Below are positions 28,630-39,772 of a stretch of 64,000 bases of DNA, one piece after another. Every line of letters starts with the position of its first letter. Positions within the stretch are counted from its first letter, which is position 1. The notes under the pieces were generated by a model, which ran no database searches, was not told where the DNA came from, and saw only the letters and a program-made list of their open reading frames with translations. This DNA is from Candidatus Latescibacterota bacterium (GTDB taxonomy: Bacteria; Latescibacterota; UBA2968; GCA-2709665). Where the stretch lies: positions 896,001 to 960,000 of the forward strand of contig OZ220733.1 of the NCBI GenBank assembly GCA_965116875.1. The letters are read 5' to 3'. The translations under genes were made by a program, and so were the position numbers.

Positions 28630-29853
28630 ATGCAGGAAGTCGATCGCGAACGATTCCTGGAGGAGGGCTACCTCGTGGTAAAGGAAGCCATTCCCCGGGA
28701 AAAACTGCAGGACGTCCGCCGGGCTTACGAAGCGCTCGTGGACCGGCAACGCGAAAACTGGAAGGCCACGCGAAAGGAAGGAGACCCGCCCGGTGGCGAG
28801 TGGGAGTCCAGCCCTCAACCCCGCCTGATGCTGAACCGGCCGCCGCTGGTCGGCGGAATCAGCGAGGAGACGGCGCCCGCGGTGGAGGCGTGGCTGGAGC
28901 CAAACGTTTACGGCATCAGTTCAAAGCTCCTGGGCGTAGCCGACGCGTCGGTAACCGAAATGATGATGATGTGCAATCCGGTCCGGGACCACGGCCCGGC
29001 AAAGTGGCATCGCGACCACCACCCGATCGACACGGCGCCCCTCCAGGGGTATATCGACGACATCCTGGAAGGGGGACCCCGTTACGTTCAATGGAACATC
29101 CCCCTGTACGACGACAACGTCCTGTGGGTGATCCCGGGCAGCCACGTCCGGTTCAATACGGACGAGGAGAACGAGTACCTGCTGGCCGATCCGTGCCAGC
29201 CATTGCCGAAAGGCGTCCGGACCCACCTCGAAGCCGGAGACGGCGTTGTCTACATTCTCCCGATTCTCCACTGGGGCAGCAAGTACAGCCCCCGGTTGAG
29301 ACGGACGGTTCACGGCGGATTCTCCACGCATACGTCGATCGACGATCTCTCTTTCGTGGAATACCTTTCCGCGGGAGCGGCGGCGGCATTCCGGCGGTGG
29401 AACGACCGGAGCCTGGAGATGAAGGGGCATTCGGAGGCGGCGCTCAGGGCGGTTGTGGCACGCGACGGAGAGGCGTACATCGAGGCGTTGGACCGGCTTC
29501 ATCCGGACAGAGGCGAAAAGGGAAGGTTGCTCTCCACGGTCTTTCTGTGCAAGGCGGCTCTGGCGATCCGGCTTGCCGGGAAGGCCCCGTATCCCGACGT
29601 TCCCGATGAACTCTCACGCCGGCTTCGAGGCGCACATCCGATCACGCTCAACTGGGGTCCCGATTTCGCCGGGCGATTCAGCGAGTCGGAGGCGGAGACG
29701 TTATGGAACAGGTTCGAACCGCTGGACGGGCTGCTCCGGTCGGACACGGAGCATTTCGTGCCGGGATTCCAGTCAGGGCCGATGAAATACCACTTCAACG
29801 AAATGCCGGAGAATTACACGATCGCGGACTTCATTTCGGGATGGGCTACGTAG
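28630..29853 (+). CDS. Phytanoyl-CoA dioxygenase (PhyH) family protein with C-terminal extension
   Basis: FLEEGYLVV, WHRD, LWVIPGSH, LHWG. Confidence 0.8.
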   Translation: MQEVDRERFLEEGYLVVKEAIPREKLQDVRRAYEALVDRQRENWKATRKEGDPPGGEWESSPQPRLMLNRPPLVGGISEETAPAVEAWLEPNVYGISSKLLGVADASVTEMMMMCNPVRDHGPAKWHRDHHPIDTAPLQGYIDDILEGGPRYVQWNIPLYDDNVLWVIPGSHVRFNTDEENEYLLADPCQPLPKGVRTHLEAGDGVVYILPILHWGSKYSPRLRRTVHGGFSTHTSIDDLSFVEYLSAGAAAAFRRWNDRSLEMKGHSEAALRAVVARDGEAYIEALDRLHPDRGEKGRLLSTVFLCKAALAIRLAGKAPYPDVPDELSRRLRGAHPITLNWGPDFAGRFSESEAETLWNRFEPLDGLLRSDTEHFVPGFQSGPMKYHFNEMPENYTIADFISGWAT

Positions 29854-29878
29854 CAAAGCCACCCCACGTCTCGCCCGC

Positions 29879-32794
29879 TCAATACACGAAGATGTCCTCA
29901 AGACCGACCTCGCTGACGGAGCCGTATTTCTCCAGCGCCGCGAGGTCGATTTTTTCCCTGTCCCCCACGATGGAAATCAGTTTCACCCGGTTCTTCAGGT
30001 TCTTGCCGTAGAACGCCAGCATGTCGTCCATTCCGGCGGCCTGGATTCTCTCGAATCGCGACTTTCGGGGATCCACCGGAATGCCCAGCCGTTCCCAGGA
30101 CCGAACGGACCCCAAGACCCGTCGAAAGCTGACTTTGTTGGTGCGATATCTGTTCAGAATGGAGGTGCGGGCTTCTTCGAATCGCTCGGGCGTGACCGGC
30201 ATGTCGTCCATCAGGCCGATAAACGCTTCCACGGCTTCGATCGTCTTGTCGGGCTGGCAGGCGATGGATCCCGCCAGGAGGTTCTGGTCTCCCTTCCGGC
30301 TGCCATTGAAGTATCGCGCCCACGCCGAATAGGCCAGCGCACGGGCCTCTCTGAGTTCCTGGAAGACGATTCCGCTCATTCCGCCGCCGAAATAGCTGTT
30401 ATAGAGTTCGGTAGCGGGAACGGATGCTTCGTTGAAATCTTTGTCCCCGAACTCGATATAGACGAGCGCCTGCGCAAGGGGCTTGTGGAAGAAGCGTATC
30501 TCGGTCCGTTCGGGAGTCCGCGCCTTGTAGAATCTGTACGCCGGCGGGTCCTCGAGCGCGTTCGGGACCGGATGGTGTTTTTTCAGGACGGCCAGGACCT
30601 TCTGTAAAGGAAGAGAACCTGTATAGGCGATGGTGTGTTTGTGTCTGAACAGGTTGCGGACCAGACCATGAAGCTCCTCCATCGAGAGTTCGCCCAGGGC
30701 TTCATTGGACAATGCGCGCAGATAGCGGGAGTCCTTTCCGTATCTGTTGAACAGAACGACACCGCCCTGAATGGTGCGGTGATTCTTTTTGGCGTCTTCG
30801 CGCTCGGCAAGGACGATCTTCACGAGTTCGTCCAGAGTTGATTTGTCCGCCGATGGATTGTTGACGAGTTGCGCCATAAGGGCAAGCGAAGCCTCGATGT
30901 TTTCATCCAGCCCGGAGACGGTAACGCTGGTCTCGTTGTTACCGGCCGACATGGAGAACTCGGTACCGAGCTTGTACCACTCCTTCTTGAGGGCTTCGGA
31001 GGTGTGACGTCCGGCGCCGGACTTGTCGAGAAGCCGGGCGGCCATACCCATCCTGTTGTTCTGGTTGTTGCCCAGGTCCACGGTGAAGGTGAGGGAGAAG
31101 AGGTCGTTGATGGGGTTCCGGGAGTAGTAGAGCCGGACGCCATCGCGGTAATCGGCAATCCGGTAGTCTTTGCCCGGGTCGACGAAGGTGGGCTCGATTT
31201 CCTCGGCCGAAATGGCCAGCACATTGCCGGCAAAAACCGACTGACGTGTGGCGTCGATGTTGATTTTGTCGATCCGGGGCTTCTGGATCCTGGGAATCTC
31301 GTGCTGTTCGTCGACGCGGTATCCGGCAACGTAATCGTCCGCGAAATAATGCCGCGCAACGCGGACCACGTCGTCCTTGGTGACCCGTTCCAGGCGGGCG
31401 ATCTCATTGACCGTATGGCTCCAGTCGTGATATGCGAGGAACGAATTGCGAATCCGGCGCACCCTGGCGTTGTCCGACTCCAACTCCCTCTTGTTGTTCT
31501 TCTTGAAGTCGGTGACGATCGCGGGCAGAATCCAGTCTTCGAATTGCCCGCTCTTTATGATTTCAAGTTGATCGAGCAACAACTGTTCCACTTCCTCGAG
31601 GGTCTGGTCCTTCTTTGGAATGCCCCAGAGGTACTGTGCGCCGCCGTCGTTGTACAGCGTCGGATACGATCCCGCCCGCCGGACCTTCTGTTTCTGGTTG
31701 AGATTCAGGTTGATCAATCCGGCGGTGGCGTTGTCCAGAATCATATCCAGGAGTCTGAGCGCGTCCGCGTCCTGATGACTCCTGGATGCCGTCCTGAACG
31801 CCAGAAGCACGTACTCCTCGCCCTGGAACCCGACCTGGACGCGCTCGGCGCCACTGAGGGGCGGCTCCTTCCAGTCGGGCAACTTCGGCAGCGGCCCGGG
31901 CTCCCATGCCGAGAAGTGCTCGTCGATCAGCTTGATGGTTTCGTCGATCCGGATATCGCCCGATATCGCGATCGCCATATTGTTCGGGACGTAATAGGTA
32001 TTGTAAAACCAGTACATGTTTTTCAGAGACGGATTCTTCAGGTGTTCCACTTTCCCGATTGTGGTCTGCTGGCCGTAGGGATGTTTCTTAAAGAGCAGAT
32101 CGGCGACGGCGTAGATGATTGCCCGGTCCTTGTTGTCCATGGACCGGTTCTTTTCCTCGTAAACCGTCTCGAGTTCAGACTGAAAGAGCCGGAAGACGGC
32201 GTTCCGGAAGCGTTCGGATTCGATGACCGCCCAGTGGCGCAACCGGTTGGCGGGCAGATTGATTCTGTATACCGTCTCTTCATGCCACGTGTGCGCGTTG
32301 AGACCGGTGCCGCCCATGGCCTTGTAGAGTTTGTCGATTTCATTGGGAATGGCGTATTGCGCGGCAAGCTGGGACTCCCTGTTGATCTCCGCGTAGATGG
32401 CTTTCCGTTTTTCGGGATCGGTTTCGCCGAAGTGCTCCTCGTAGAGACGGGTGATGTTGTCGAGATGCGCTTTCTCCTTCTCGTAATCCAGAGAGCCGAT
32501 GCTCGTCGTGCCTTTGAACAGCATATGTTCCAGGTAGTGCGCGAGGCCGGTGGATTCTGCCGGGTCGTGCTTGCTGCCCGCACGAACGATGATCTCCGCG
32601 TAAAACCGGGGTGTCTCATGGTTTTCCGTGAGATAGACCGTAAGACCGTTGTCCAGGCGGAAGATATGGACCGCCATCGGATCGTCGGCGCCCGGTTCGT
32701 TTATGCGGGTGTATGCACCGTCTGCACTGGAAACCGGAATGCCCACAAGGGCGATGAAGAGCAGCGCGGAAGAAGCGCAACGCAACCTGAACAT
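29879..32794 (-). CDS. M16 family zinc metallopeptidase (insulinase-like)
   Basis: LDNGLTV, GLAHYLEHMLFKG (HxxEH), LREARALAYS; signal peptide from 32794. Confidence 0.9.
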   Translation of the reverse strand: MFRLRCASSALLFIALVGIPVSSADGAYTRINEPGADDPMAVHIFRLDNGLTVYLTENHETPRFYAEIIVRAGSKHDPAESTGLAHYLEHMLFKGTTSIGSLDYEKEKAHLDNITRLYEEHFGETDPEKRKAIYAEINRESQLAAQYAIPNEIDKLYKAMGGTGLNAHTWHEETVYRINLPANRLRHWAVIESERFRNAVFRLFQSELETVYEEKNRSMDNKDRAIIYAVADLLFKKHPYGQQTTIGKVEHLKNPSLKNMYWFYNTYYVPNNMAIAISGDIRIDETIKLIDEHFSAWEPGPLPKLPDWKEPPLSGAERVQVGFQGEEYVLLAFRTASRSHQDADALRLLDMILDNATAGLINLNLNQKQKVRRAGSYPTLYNDGGAQYLWGIPKKDQTLEEVEQLLLDQLEIIKSGQFEDWILPAIVTDFKKNNKRELESDNARVRRIRNSFLAYHDWSHTVNEIARLERVTKDDVVRVARHYFADDYVAGYRVDEQHEIPRIQKPRIDKINIDATRQSVFAGNVLAISAEEIEPTFVDPGKDYRIADYRDGVRLYYSRNPINDLFSLTFTVDLGNNQNNRMGMAARLLDKSGAGRHTSEALKKEWYKLGTEFSMSAGNNETSVTVSGLDENIEASLALMAQLVNNPSADKSTLDELVKIVLAEREDAKKNHRTIQGGVVLFNRYGKDSRYLRALSNEALGELSMEELHGLVRNLFRHKHTIAYTGSLPLQKVLAVLKKHHPVPNALEDPPAYRFYKARTPERTEIRFFHKPLAQALVYIEFGDKDFNEASVPATELYNSYFGGGMSGIVFQELREARALAYSAWARYFNGSRKGDQNLLAGSIACQPDKTIEAVEAFIGLMDDMPVTPERFEEARTSILNRYRTNKVSFRRVLGSVRSWERLGIPVDPRKSRFERIQAAGMDDMLAFYGKNLKNRVKLISIVGDREKIDLAALEKYGSVSEVGLEDIFVY

Positions 32795-32989
32795 GAATGA
32801 GTCTCCCATTTTAAAATCCAGCATCAATCGGTTGGATGGGCCTGGAAACGGGCACCGAAAACGACGATGTCTGCGAATCAGAAATATAACAAGAGTCGAA
32901 GCTGAATTCAATCCCCCACGGCCTTGCGAGGTTGAACCGGTTCCCGGCGCCCGGCCGCATCCGAAGCACCCATGACGCCTGTCTCTATA

Positions 32990-33022
32990 ACAAAAGGACG
33001 GCCGGTGTATTGCCGGCCGTCC
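32990..33022 (-). terminator. Probable intrinsic terminator
   Basis: GGACGGCCGG-7nt-CCGGCCGTCC hairpin followed by TTTTG on the minus strand. Confidence 0.6.
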
Positions 33023-33082
33023 GGTGCCGAATTCGAAAGCGTTCCGGTTTGAGGAACACTGTGCTCCACCCGGAGCCGCGGC

Positions 33083-34345
33083 TTACTGAAGTTCCGCGGC
33101 CTGGGTTACGACCTTTCGGAAAGCCTGCGCGTGTTCCCTGATGATCTCCGGGCGATCATGTTTGAACCACGGGATGGAAAACAGGCGCTCCGACATCCGC
33201 TCCGTCTGCGGCAGGCTGCCCTTGCCCTGGCGCACGTCGGCGTCGGAATGGGCGACTCGCGTGGGCTCGCCATGGCCGTACACGTCGGCGTCGTTCAGGA
33301 CGGGATGCAGATGCATCAGCAGGTTGGCTCCCGCGCCGCAGGAGGTCCCTTCGGCCCGCACGGCCTCGCAGAACTTCTGCAAGGGCAGACCGCCGAGTTC
33401 CTCGGGCACATAGATGCCGTGCGCGGCGTACCAGCCGCCCATTGTACTGCCGGAGCCCTTCGGCGGCCTGTGGGGGCGCAACCCGGGCGCGCCTTCGAGC
33501 AGGTCCCAGAAGGCGTTCATCGCCCTGTCGATTTCCTCCATCCGTTCCCGGTAATGCCTGAGCTGGACCCGCCCCACTGCCGAAGACAGCTGGTGCATCC
33601 TGTATTTGAACCCGCCCAGAGGCAGGCCGGCGTACTTCTTCAACTCGGGATTTTCGATCTGCCCCGTCCGCTCGTAATGGCCGAATGCGACGGCGCGTTC
33701 ATAGATCTCCCGGTCGTCCGTGACCAGCATGCCCGCCTCGCCGATGGCCAGCGACTTTCCGGCCATGCAGGACATCGCGCCCACGTGGCCGATTCCGCCC
33801 GTCAATCGCCCGTTGTATTCCGCGCCGTGCGCGTGCGAGACGTCTTCAATGACCTTGATGCCCCGGGCGTTGGCGATTTCCATGATCGCATCCATGTCGG
33901 TCGGATGGCCGAAATAGTGGACCGCCACGATCGCCTTGGTCCGGTCCGTGATTTTCCGTTCCACGTCTGCCGGGTCGAGTGTGATCGTATCCGGATCGAT
34001 ATCCGCGTAGACAATGGTCGCGCCAAGATTCATCGCCTGCAGCACGGACGCCCAGAACGTCATGCTCTGGCAGATGATCTCGTCTCCCACACCCACGCCG
34101 CATCCGAACATCGCCGAATGGATGGACGACGTGCCCGTGTTGTGCGCAAGCGCGTACTTCGTGCCGAACCAGTCGGCATACTCCTTTTCAAACTGCACCG
34201 TGACGTCCGTGCCGGACATGGCCCCGCGCCGCAGCACCTCCAATGCGGCCTCCTCGTCCTCCCCGGTGATAATCGGCCAGGTGAACATATCTCCCGCATC
34301 GGTCTGCACCGCCTTCGATCCACCCAGAATCGCCAGCTTGTCCAT
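33083..34345 (-). CDS. DegT/DnrJ/EryC1/StrS family aminotransferase
   Basis: LAILGG, IEDVSHAHGA, KSLAIGEAGM. Confidence 0.9.
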   Translation of the reverse strand: MDKLAILGGSKAVQTDAGDMFTWPIITGEDEEAALEVLRRGAMSGTDVTVQFEKEYADWFGTKYALAHNTGTSSIHSAMFGCGVGVGDEIICQSMTFWASVLQAMNLGATIVYADIDPDTITLDPADVERKITDRTKAIVAVHYFGHPTDMDAIMEIANARGIKVIEDVSHAHGAEYNGRLTGGIGHVGAMSCMAGKSLAIGEAGMLVTDDREIYERAVAFGHYERTGQIENPELKKYAGLPLGGFKYRMHQLSSAVGRVQLRHYRERMEEIDRAMNAFWDLLEGAPGLRPHRPPKGSGSTMGGWYAAHGIYVPEELGGLPLQKFCEAVRAEGTSCGAGANLLMHLHPVLNDADVYGHGEPTRVAHSDADVRQGKGSLPQTERMSERLFSIPWFKHDRPEIIREHAQAFRKVVTQAAELQ

Positions 34346-34508
34346 CGTCGCTCCTCCTCGGATGCGTTCCACCCTCGCGTTCAGGTTATTCGACGAAAAA
34401 TCCCGCAGATCAACAGTCGACTAAATAGCAAAAACCGGACGAATCCGCAAGGTAAATATCCGGCTGTCAGCCTTTGGCGATTCCCCTTGATTTTCCGGTG
34501 TGATTTGG

Positions 34509-34565
34509 CCTCTTTAATACAAAAACCCAAACGAACATGGATGGACAGGATAGGCAGGATAAAAA
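34509..34565 (+). repeat. ACAGGAT nonamer-type repeat element (second copy at 58085-58160)
   Basis: CCTCTTTAAT..AAAACCCAAACGAACATGGATnnACAGGATAGnCAGGATAAAA shared between the copies. Confidence 0.75.
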
Positions 34566-34659
34566 CCCTCCGGCATGAATGGGATTGACAGGATCAGGTT
34601 TGACATTTCCGGCGCCAGGGCGATCCTGCCCTACGTCAGTCCGGGATCTGCAAGTATCC

Positions 34660-34805
34660 GGAGCGAGGGCATCCCTGCCCTCGAACTTCGAGCAGCCGAC
34701 GGATTTCCACATCAAGGGCCCATTGCTTCCCATCCGAAACCACATCCGGAATGACGGCGCAAAGACCATTCCTATTCGCCGTCGAGGGCAGGATGCCCTC
34801 GCTCC
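34660..34805. repeat. REPIN-like element (GGAGCGAGGGCATCC family)
   Basis: Inverted pair; interior similar to 10856-11004. Confidence 0.85.
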
Positions 34806-34911
34806 CGGGAACGCCAGCCACAAGGGAGCGCGCGTTCTCTGCCACCTCTTTGGTTGCGGCTGAGCAAAGGGAAGCCGCGCCAGGACCCATCGAACGCCTG
34901 ATCCAATTTTC

Positions 34912-35889
34912 ATGAATGTACTCATCACCGGCATTACGGGAAGAATCGGCGCCAATCTGGCCAGAACGCTCGTTAACGAGGGCCATTCCGTGCGCGGCCT
35001 GGTCTGGCCCAAAGACCCGCGCATCGGCAAACTGAACGGCCTGGACGTGGAGCTTGTTTACGGCAATCTTACGAATTCCCCGGACGTACAGGCAGCCGTG
35101 AGCGGTACGGAGGCGGTTTTTCATCTGGGTGCGGCCTTTCAGGGCGGCGGGCCCTTCTCCGAAACCGACTATTTCGAAATCAACGTACGCGGCACGTTCA
35201 ACATGCTGGAAGCCGCCAGGGCGCAGGACCAACCCCCGAGGTTCGTATACGCGGGCACCGACGCCATCTATGAAAAGTACGTCCCGGGAGGGTTGACCGA
35301 GCCGATCCGGGAAGACCGAACGCCCCGGCGCTGCCGCGGATGGTACGCGCTATCCAAATCCCTGGGCGAGGAGCTCTGCACCGGGTACTGGCTCACCTGC
35401 AAGCTTCCTGCCGTCGTCCTTCGTTTCTGCATGGTGTTCGGCGCGGGCGAGATTCTGGACTTTCCGCAATTCCGTCTGAGCGGATTGAAGGGCCGTCCCG
35501 AATGCAAGGGCCTCGGTCAGGAAACGGAGCGCCTGGTCGTTCTCAGGGACGAGGAAGGGAGATCTTACAAGAAACACGTCGCCGACGTACGGGATATCGT
35601 CCGGGGCTGCCAACTGGCCATGCGCGCCGAAGACGTTTCCGGAGAGACCATCCAGCTTGCAGGCCCCGGGCCGTTTACCTGGGATGAGGCCGTCCCCTTT
35701 CTTTCGGAACGTCTGGGGCTCCCGTATGTCGAAACGCGACTGAAGGGCGATCCCACGTTCTACGAATTCGACCTGTCCAAAGCACGAAGACTGCTGGGTT
35801 TCAAACCTAGGTACGACATCCGTCGGATGATCGACGACGCCCTGGCCTGCCGCCGCGGCGAGGACGTCGGAGTCCTCCCGACGGGATAG
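34912..35889 (+). CDS. NAD-dependent epimerase/dehydratase
   Basis: TGITGRIG, YALSK. Confidence 0.9.
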   Translation: MNVLITGITGRIGANLARTLVNEGHSVRGLVWPKDPRIGKLNGLDVELVYGNLTNSPDVQAAVSGTEAVFHLGAAFQGGGPFSETDYFEINVRGTFNMLEAARAQDQPPRFVYAGTDAIYEKYVPGGLTEPIREDRTPRRCRGWYALSKSLGEELCTGYWLTCKLPAVVLRFCMVFGAGEILDFPQFRLSGLKGRPECKGLGQETERLVVLRDEEGRSYKKHVADVRDIVRGCQLAMRAEDVSGETIQLAGPGPFTWDEAVPFLSERLGLPYVETRLKGDPTFYEFDLSKARRLLGFKPRYDIRRMIDDALACRRGEDVGVLPTG

Positions 35890-35900
35890 AAGAGGAAATC

Positions 35901-36650
35901 ATGCCGCCAGACCGCTCCTTCTGGCCCGGAGACTTCCACGGCGCGGTAAGTCTCACCTTCGACGACGGCCTCGATACGCAATTGGACAATGCAATTCCCT
36001 GCCTGGACGACTACGGCCTGAAGGGGACGTTCTACGTCAATCCGGGCCGGTCGGAAGCCTGGGAGTCACAGATCCCCCGCTGGCAACAGGCCGGCAGAAA
36101 CGGCCATGAACTCGGCAATCACACTTCAATGCACCCCTGCTCCTGCAATTTCGGATTCCGCGATGAGGGCTACTGTCTGGAAAACCTGGAGCTGGATGAC
36201 ATCGCGCGGACCATCGACGAAGCCACTGAAGACCTGAACCGCCTGTTTCCGGAACAGGGCGGCGACCGGACGTTCTGCTATCCCTGCTACCAGACGTACG
36301 TCGGCGCCGGCGAGAACCGGCAGTCCTATGTGCCGCTCGTCGCCCGGCGCTTCAAGGCCGCGCGGGGCTGGGGCGAGCGCGCCAACCATCCGGAGCGGGT
36401 CGACCTGGCCTGCACCTGGTCCCTGGCCGTAGACGGCCATTCGGGAGAAGAAATCGTTGCGTACATCGAAAACGCCGTCAACGACGGCCTCTGGGCGGTC
36501 GTCTGCATGCACGGCGTCGGAGGCCAGCATCTCTCCATTTCTACGGCGTCATTGAGCGAAGTCGCGCGTTATCTGGATGGCAACCGGGACCGGATTTGGA
36601 CGGCCACGATGATCGACGTTGCCGACTATATCATCCGGCAGCGTCGCTGA
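35901..36650 (+). CDS. Polysaccharide deacetylase family protein
   Basis: SLTFDDG, GHELGNHTSMH. Confidence 0.85.
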   Translation: MPPDRSFWPGDFHGAVSLTFDDGLDTQLDNAIPCLDDYGLKGTFYVNPGRSEAWESQIPRWQQAGRNGHELGNHTSMHPCSCNFGFRDEGYCLENLELDDIARTIDEATEDLNRLFPEQGGDRTFCYPCYQTYVGAGENRQSYVPLVARRFKAARGWGERANHPERVDLACTWSLAVDGHSGEEIVAYIENAVNDGLWAVVCMHGVGGQHLSISTASLSEVARYLDGNRDRIWTATMIDVADYIIRQRR

Positions 36651-36722
36651 CAACAGAGTTGACCGGACCATCCCTCATGCAATCGTCCCCCGACCGAAAA
36701 ACCCGAACTCAGGGGATTCCTC

Positions 36723-37829
36723 ATGATCGTACAGACACACCTCATCGGCTCACGCAAGGAAGACCTGGACACCCCGGCGCTTCTCGTGGACCTGCCCACG
36801 CTGGAGCGCAACACCCGGAAGATGGCGGATACCATCATCCGAGAAGCGGGCGTCCATTGGCGGCCCCATACCAAGGGCATGAAGACCCCGGCGCTCGCAC
36901 ACAGGCTGCTGGAGGCGGGCGCGATCGGAATCACCTGCGCCAAACTCGGCGAGGCCGAAGTGATGGCCGCGGGCGGCGTTGGAGACATCCTCATCGCCAA
37001 CCAGGTCGTAGGCCCCAGGAAAATCGCGCGCCTGGTCAACCTCCGCAATCATGCCGACGTCATGGTCTGCGTGGACGACGAGAATAACACTCGCGAAATC
37101 GATCTCGCCGCCGTGGAGAAAGGCGTCCGCGTCCGGGTGCTGATTGAAGTCAACGTGGGCATGAACCGCGCCGGCGTTGCGCCGGGCGAACCCGTACTTT
37201 CGCTTGCCCGGACCGTCGCCGCGTGCCCGGGCCTGCAATTCTCAGGCCTGATGACGTGGGAAGCGCACACGCTGGCCATTGAGGACATCGACGAAAAGCG
37301 GCGGCTGATCACCGAATCCCTGTCCGGGCTCACGGCCAGCGCGGACCTGTGCCGGCGCAACGGCCTCCCCGTGGAGATCGTCAGTTGCGGCGGCACCGGA
37401 ACCTACTGGATCAGCGCGTTCCATCCCGGCATAACGGAAATCGAAGCCGGCGGCGGCGTCTTCGGCGATATCCGGTACCGCACGGTATTCGGGGTGCAGC
37501 ACGAGTACGCCCTTACGGTCCTCTCCACGGTCACGAGCCGCCCCACGTCTTCGCGTATCATCTGTGACGCGGGGAAGAAAACCATGAGCAGCGACGCAGC
37601 CGTTCCGGAACCCCTGGGCATCCCCAACGTCAATCTGGTTGCCCTGTCGGCCGAACACGGAAAAATCGAACTGGATGCGCCGGCCGATACCCCGCAAGTA
37701 GGCGAGACCATTGAATTCGTTGCGGGCTACTCCGACACGACGGTCGTTCTTCATGACGAACTCTACGGAATCCGCGACGGCGTGGTTGAAGCCGTCTGGC
37801 CGCTTCCGGCCCGCGGCCGCCTTCAGTGA
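36723..37829 (+). CDS. DSD1 family PLP-dependent enzyme (D-threonine aldolase / D-serine deaminase-like)
   Basis: LDTPALLVD, RPHTK, GGTGT, DAGKK, SAEH. Confidence 0.85.
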   Translation: MIVQTHLIGSRKEDLDTPALLVDLPTLERNTRKMADTIIREAGVHWRPHTKGMKTPALAHRLLEAGAIGITCAKLGEAEVMAAGGVGDILIANQVVGPRKIARLVNLRNHADVMVCVDDENNTREIDLAAVEKGVRVRVLIEVNVGMNRAGVAPGEPVLSLARTVAACPGLQFSGLMTWEAHTLAIEDIDEKRRLITESLSGLTASADLCRRNGLPVEIVSCGGTGTYWISAFHPGITEIEAGGGVFGDIRYRTVFGVQHEYALTVLSTVTSRPTSSRIICDAGKKTMSSDAAVPEPLGIPNVNLVALSAEHGKIELDAPADTPQVGETIEFVAGYSDTTVVLHDELYGIRDGVVEAVWPLPARGRLQ

Positions 37830-37950
37830 CCCACCCCGTGACACGCCGGTTTTACGGGCTCCCGCAGGCTGCCGGGAAGAGCCCTGATTCCGCCGCTCGC
37901 ATCCTCACGTTGCATCGTCGAAACGACCTCCGGTTTTGCCCAGTTTTGTA

Positions 37951-37979
37951 TTGACGAATTTCGCCTAAATCGTTATAAT
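37951..37979 (+). promoter_or_regulatory. sigma70-type promoter of the frd operon
   Basis: TTGACG-17 bp-TATAAT, about 56 bp upstream of the frdA ATG. Confidence 0.75.
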
Positions 37980-38035
37980 AAACGCTGTTTGCGAACGAAC
38001 CGAACGCGATTCACTCGCGCTTTCAGGGGTGATAA

Positions 38036-39745
38036 ATGGACATACCGATTCACGACGTGCTTCTCGTTGGAGGCGGCGCCGCAGGTTTGCGGGCCGCCAT
38101 CGCCGCTGCCGAAACCGATTCCAGTTTGAACGTTGCCGTCGTCTCCAAAGTCTACCCGATGCGCAGCCACACCGTCTCTGCCGAGGGCGGCGCGGCGGCC
38201 GTCATGCGCGAATACGACAATCTGGACCTGCACTCGTTCGACACGATACGCGGCAGCGACTATCTGGCCGACCAGGACGTCGTGGAAGCCTTCGTGAAGG
38301 AAGCGCAGGACGAGTCCATTCAACTGGAACACTGGGGCTGCCCCTGGAGCCGGGATGAGGACGGGCGCGTCAGCGTACGGGCTTTCGGCGGCATGAGCGT
38401 GAAGCGAACGCTGTACGCGGCGGACAAGACCGGATTCCACATGTTGCACGCCCTGTTTCAGACCTCCCTCAAATACAACGCGGTTACCCGGTACGACGAG
38501 TGGTTCGTCACCTCCCTCCTGGTGGACGACGGAAGGGTCTGCGGCGTAACCGCGTTGAACATGCGCTCGGGCGGCATCCACGCGATCGGCGCGAAAACCG
38601 TCATCATCTGTACCGGCGGCGGCGGCAAGATCTTTCCGTTTACGACGAACGCCGCAATAAAGAACGGCGACGGCATGGCCCTGGCCTACCGCATCGGTTG
38701 TCCGTTGAAGGACATGGAGTTCGTTCAGTACCATCCCACCGGCCTTCCGGGCACCGGCATCCTGATGACGGAAGCCTCGCGAGGCGAAGGCGGCTATCTG
38801 ATCAACAACAAGGGCGAGCGCTACCTGAGCGAATACATACCCGGCAAAATGGAACTTGGACCGCGTGACATCCTGTCCAGGGCTTTCATGTATGAAATGC
38901 GTGAGGGCCGCGTCTTCGAAGGACCCTATGGCAACTACGTCCACCTGGACCTGAAACATCTGGGCGAGACAGTCATCGACGAGAAGCTCCCGTTCGTCCG
39001 GGAGCTGGCCAGAAATTACGTTGGGATCGATCCGGTTCACGAGCCCATTCCCGTCCGCCCCGTCGTCCACTACATGATGGGCGGCGTCCATACGGACATC
39101 AACGGTGCCACGCCCATTCCGGGGCTCTACGCCGCAGGCGAAGCCGCCTGCGTGAGCCTGAACGGCGCGAATCGGCTGGGCTCGAATTCCCTCACGGAGT
39201 GCCTCGTATTCGGCGCGCGCGCGGGTAAGGTCGCCGCTGAATACGCCAACAGCCTGGAGGCCACCGGTCCAAACACCCTCGAAAATCTCACACGCGACGA
39301 GCGGCGGCGCATCGAAGGGACGTACCTGCAGCCGCGAAACGGCAAGGAACGCGTCGCGGACATTCGTACCGAGATGCAGGCGGCCATGGAGCGCGGCGCC
39401 GGTATCTTTCGAGACGAAGAGACGCTGAAAGATACCTGTGAAATCCTGAGGAAACTCCAGGAACGCTTCCGGAACGTCGGCCTGGACGATACGTCCAGCG
39501 TTTTCAACACCGAACTCACGGCGGCGCTCGAGCTGGGATTCATGCTGGATGCGGCTGAAGCGCTCGCGCACGCCGCACTGGACCGCAAGGAATCCAGGGG
39601 CTCTCACTCCCGTTCGGATTTCGAAGACCGAAACGATGAGGAATACCTGAAACACTCATTGACGTACAGGACGGAAGCCGGACCGCGAACCGACTACCTG
39701 CCCGTAACGATCACGCGCTGGGAACCCGAAGAGCGCAAATACTGA
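38036..39745 (+). CDS. frdA: Fumarate reductase / succinate dehydrogenase flavoprotein
   Basis: [16 protein letters not shown] (covalent FAD His), [22 protein letters not shown]. Confidence 0.9.
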   Translation: MDIPIHDVLLVGGGAAGLRAAIAAAETDSSLNVAVVSKVYPMRSHTVSAEGGAAAVMREYDNLDLHSFDTIRGSDYLADQDVVEAFVKEAQDESIQLEHWGCPWSRDEDGRVSVRAFGGMSVKRTLYAADKTGFHMLHALFQTSLKYNAVTRYDEWFVTSLLVDDGRVCGVTALNMRSGGIHAIGAKTVIICTGGGGKIFPFTTNAAIKNGDGMALAYRIGCPLKDMEFVQYHPTGLPGTGILMTEASRGEGGYLINNKGERYLSEYIPGKMELGPRDILSRAFMYEMREGRVFEGPYGNYVHLDLKHLGETVIDEKLPFVRELARNYVGIDPVHEPIPVRPVVHYMMGGVHTDINGATPIPGLYAAGEAACVSLNGANRLGSNSLTECLVFGARAGKVAAEYANSLEATGPNTLENLTRDERRRIEGTYLQPRNGKERVADIRTEMQAAMERGAGIFRDEETLKDTCEILRKLQERFRNVGLDDTSSVFNTELTAALELGFMLDAAEALAHAALDRKESRGSHSRSDFEDRNDEEYLKHSLTYRTEAGPRTDYLPVTITRWEPEERKY

Positions 39746-39772
39746 TTTCGAATCCCGCGCAAGGGGAATTTC

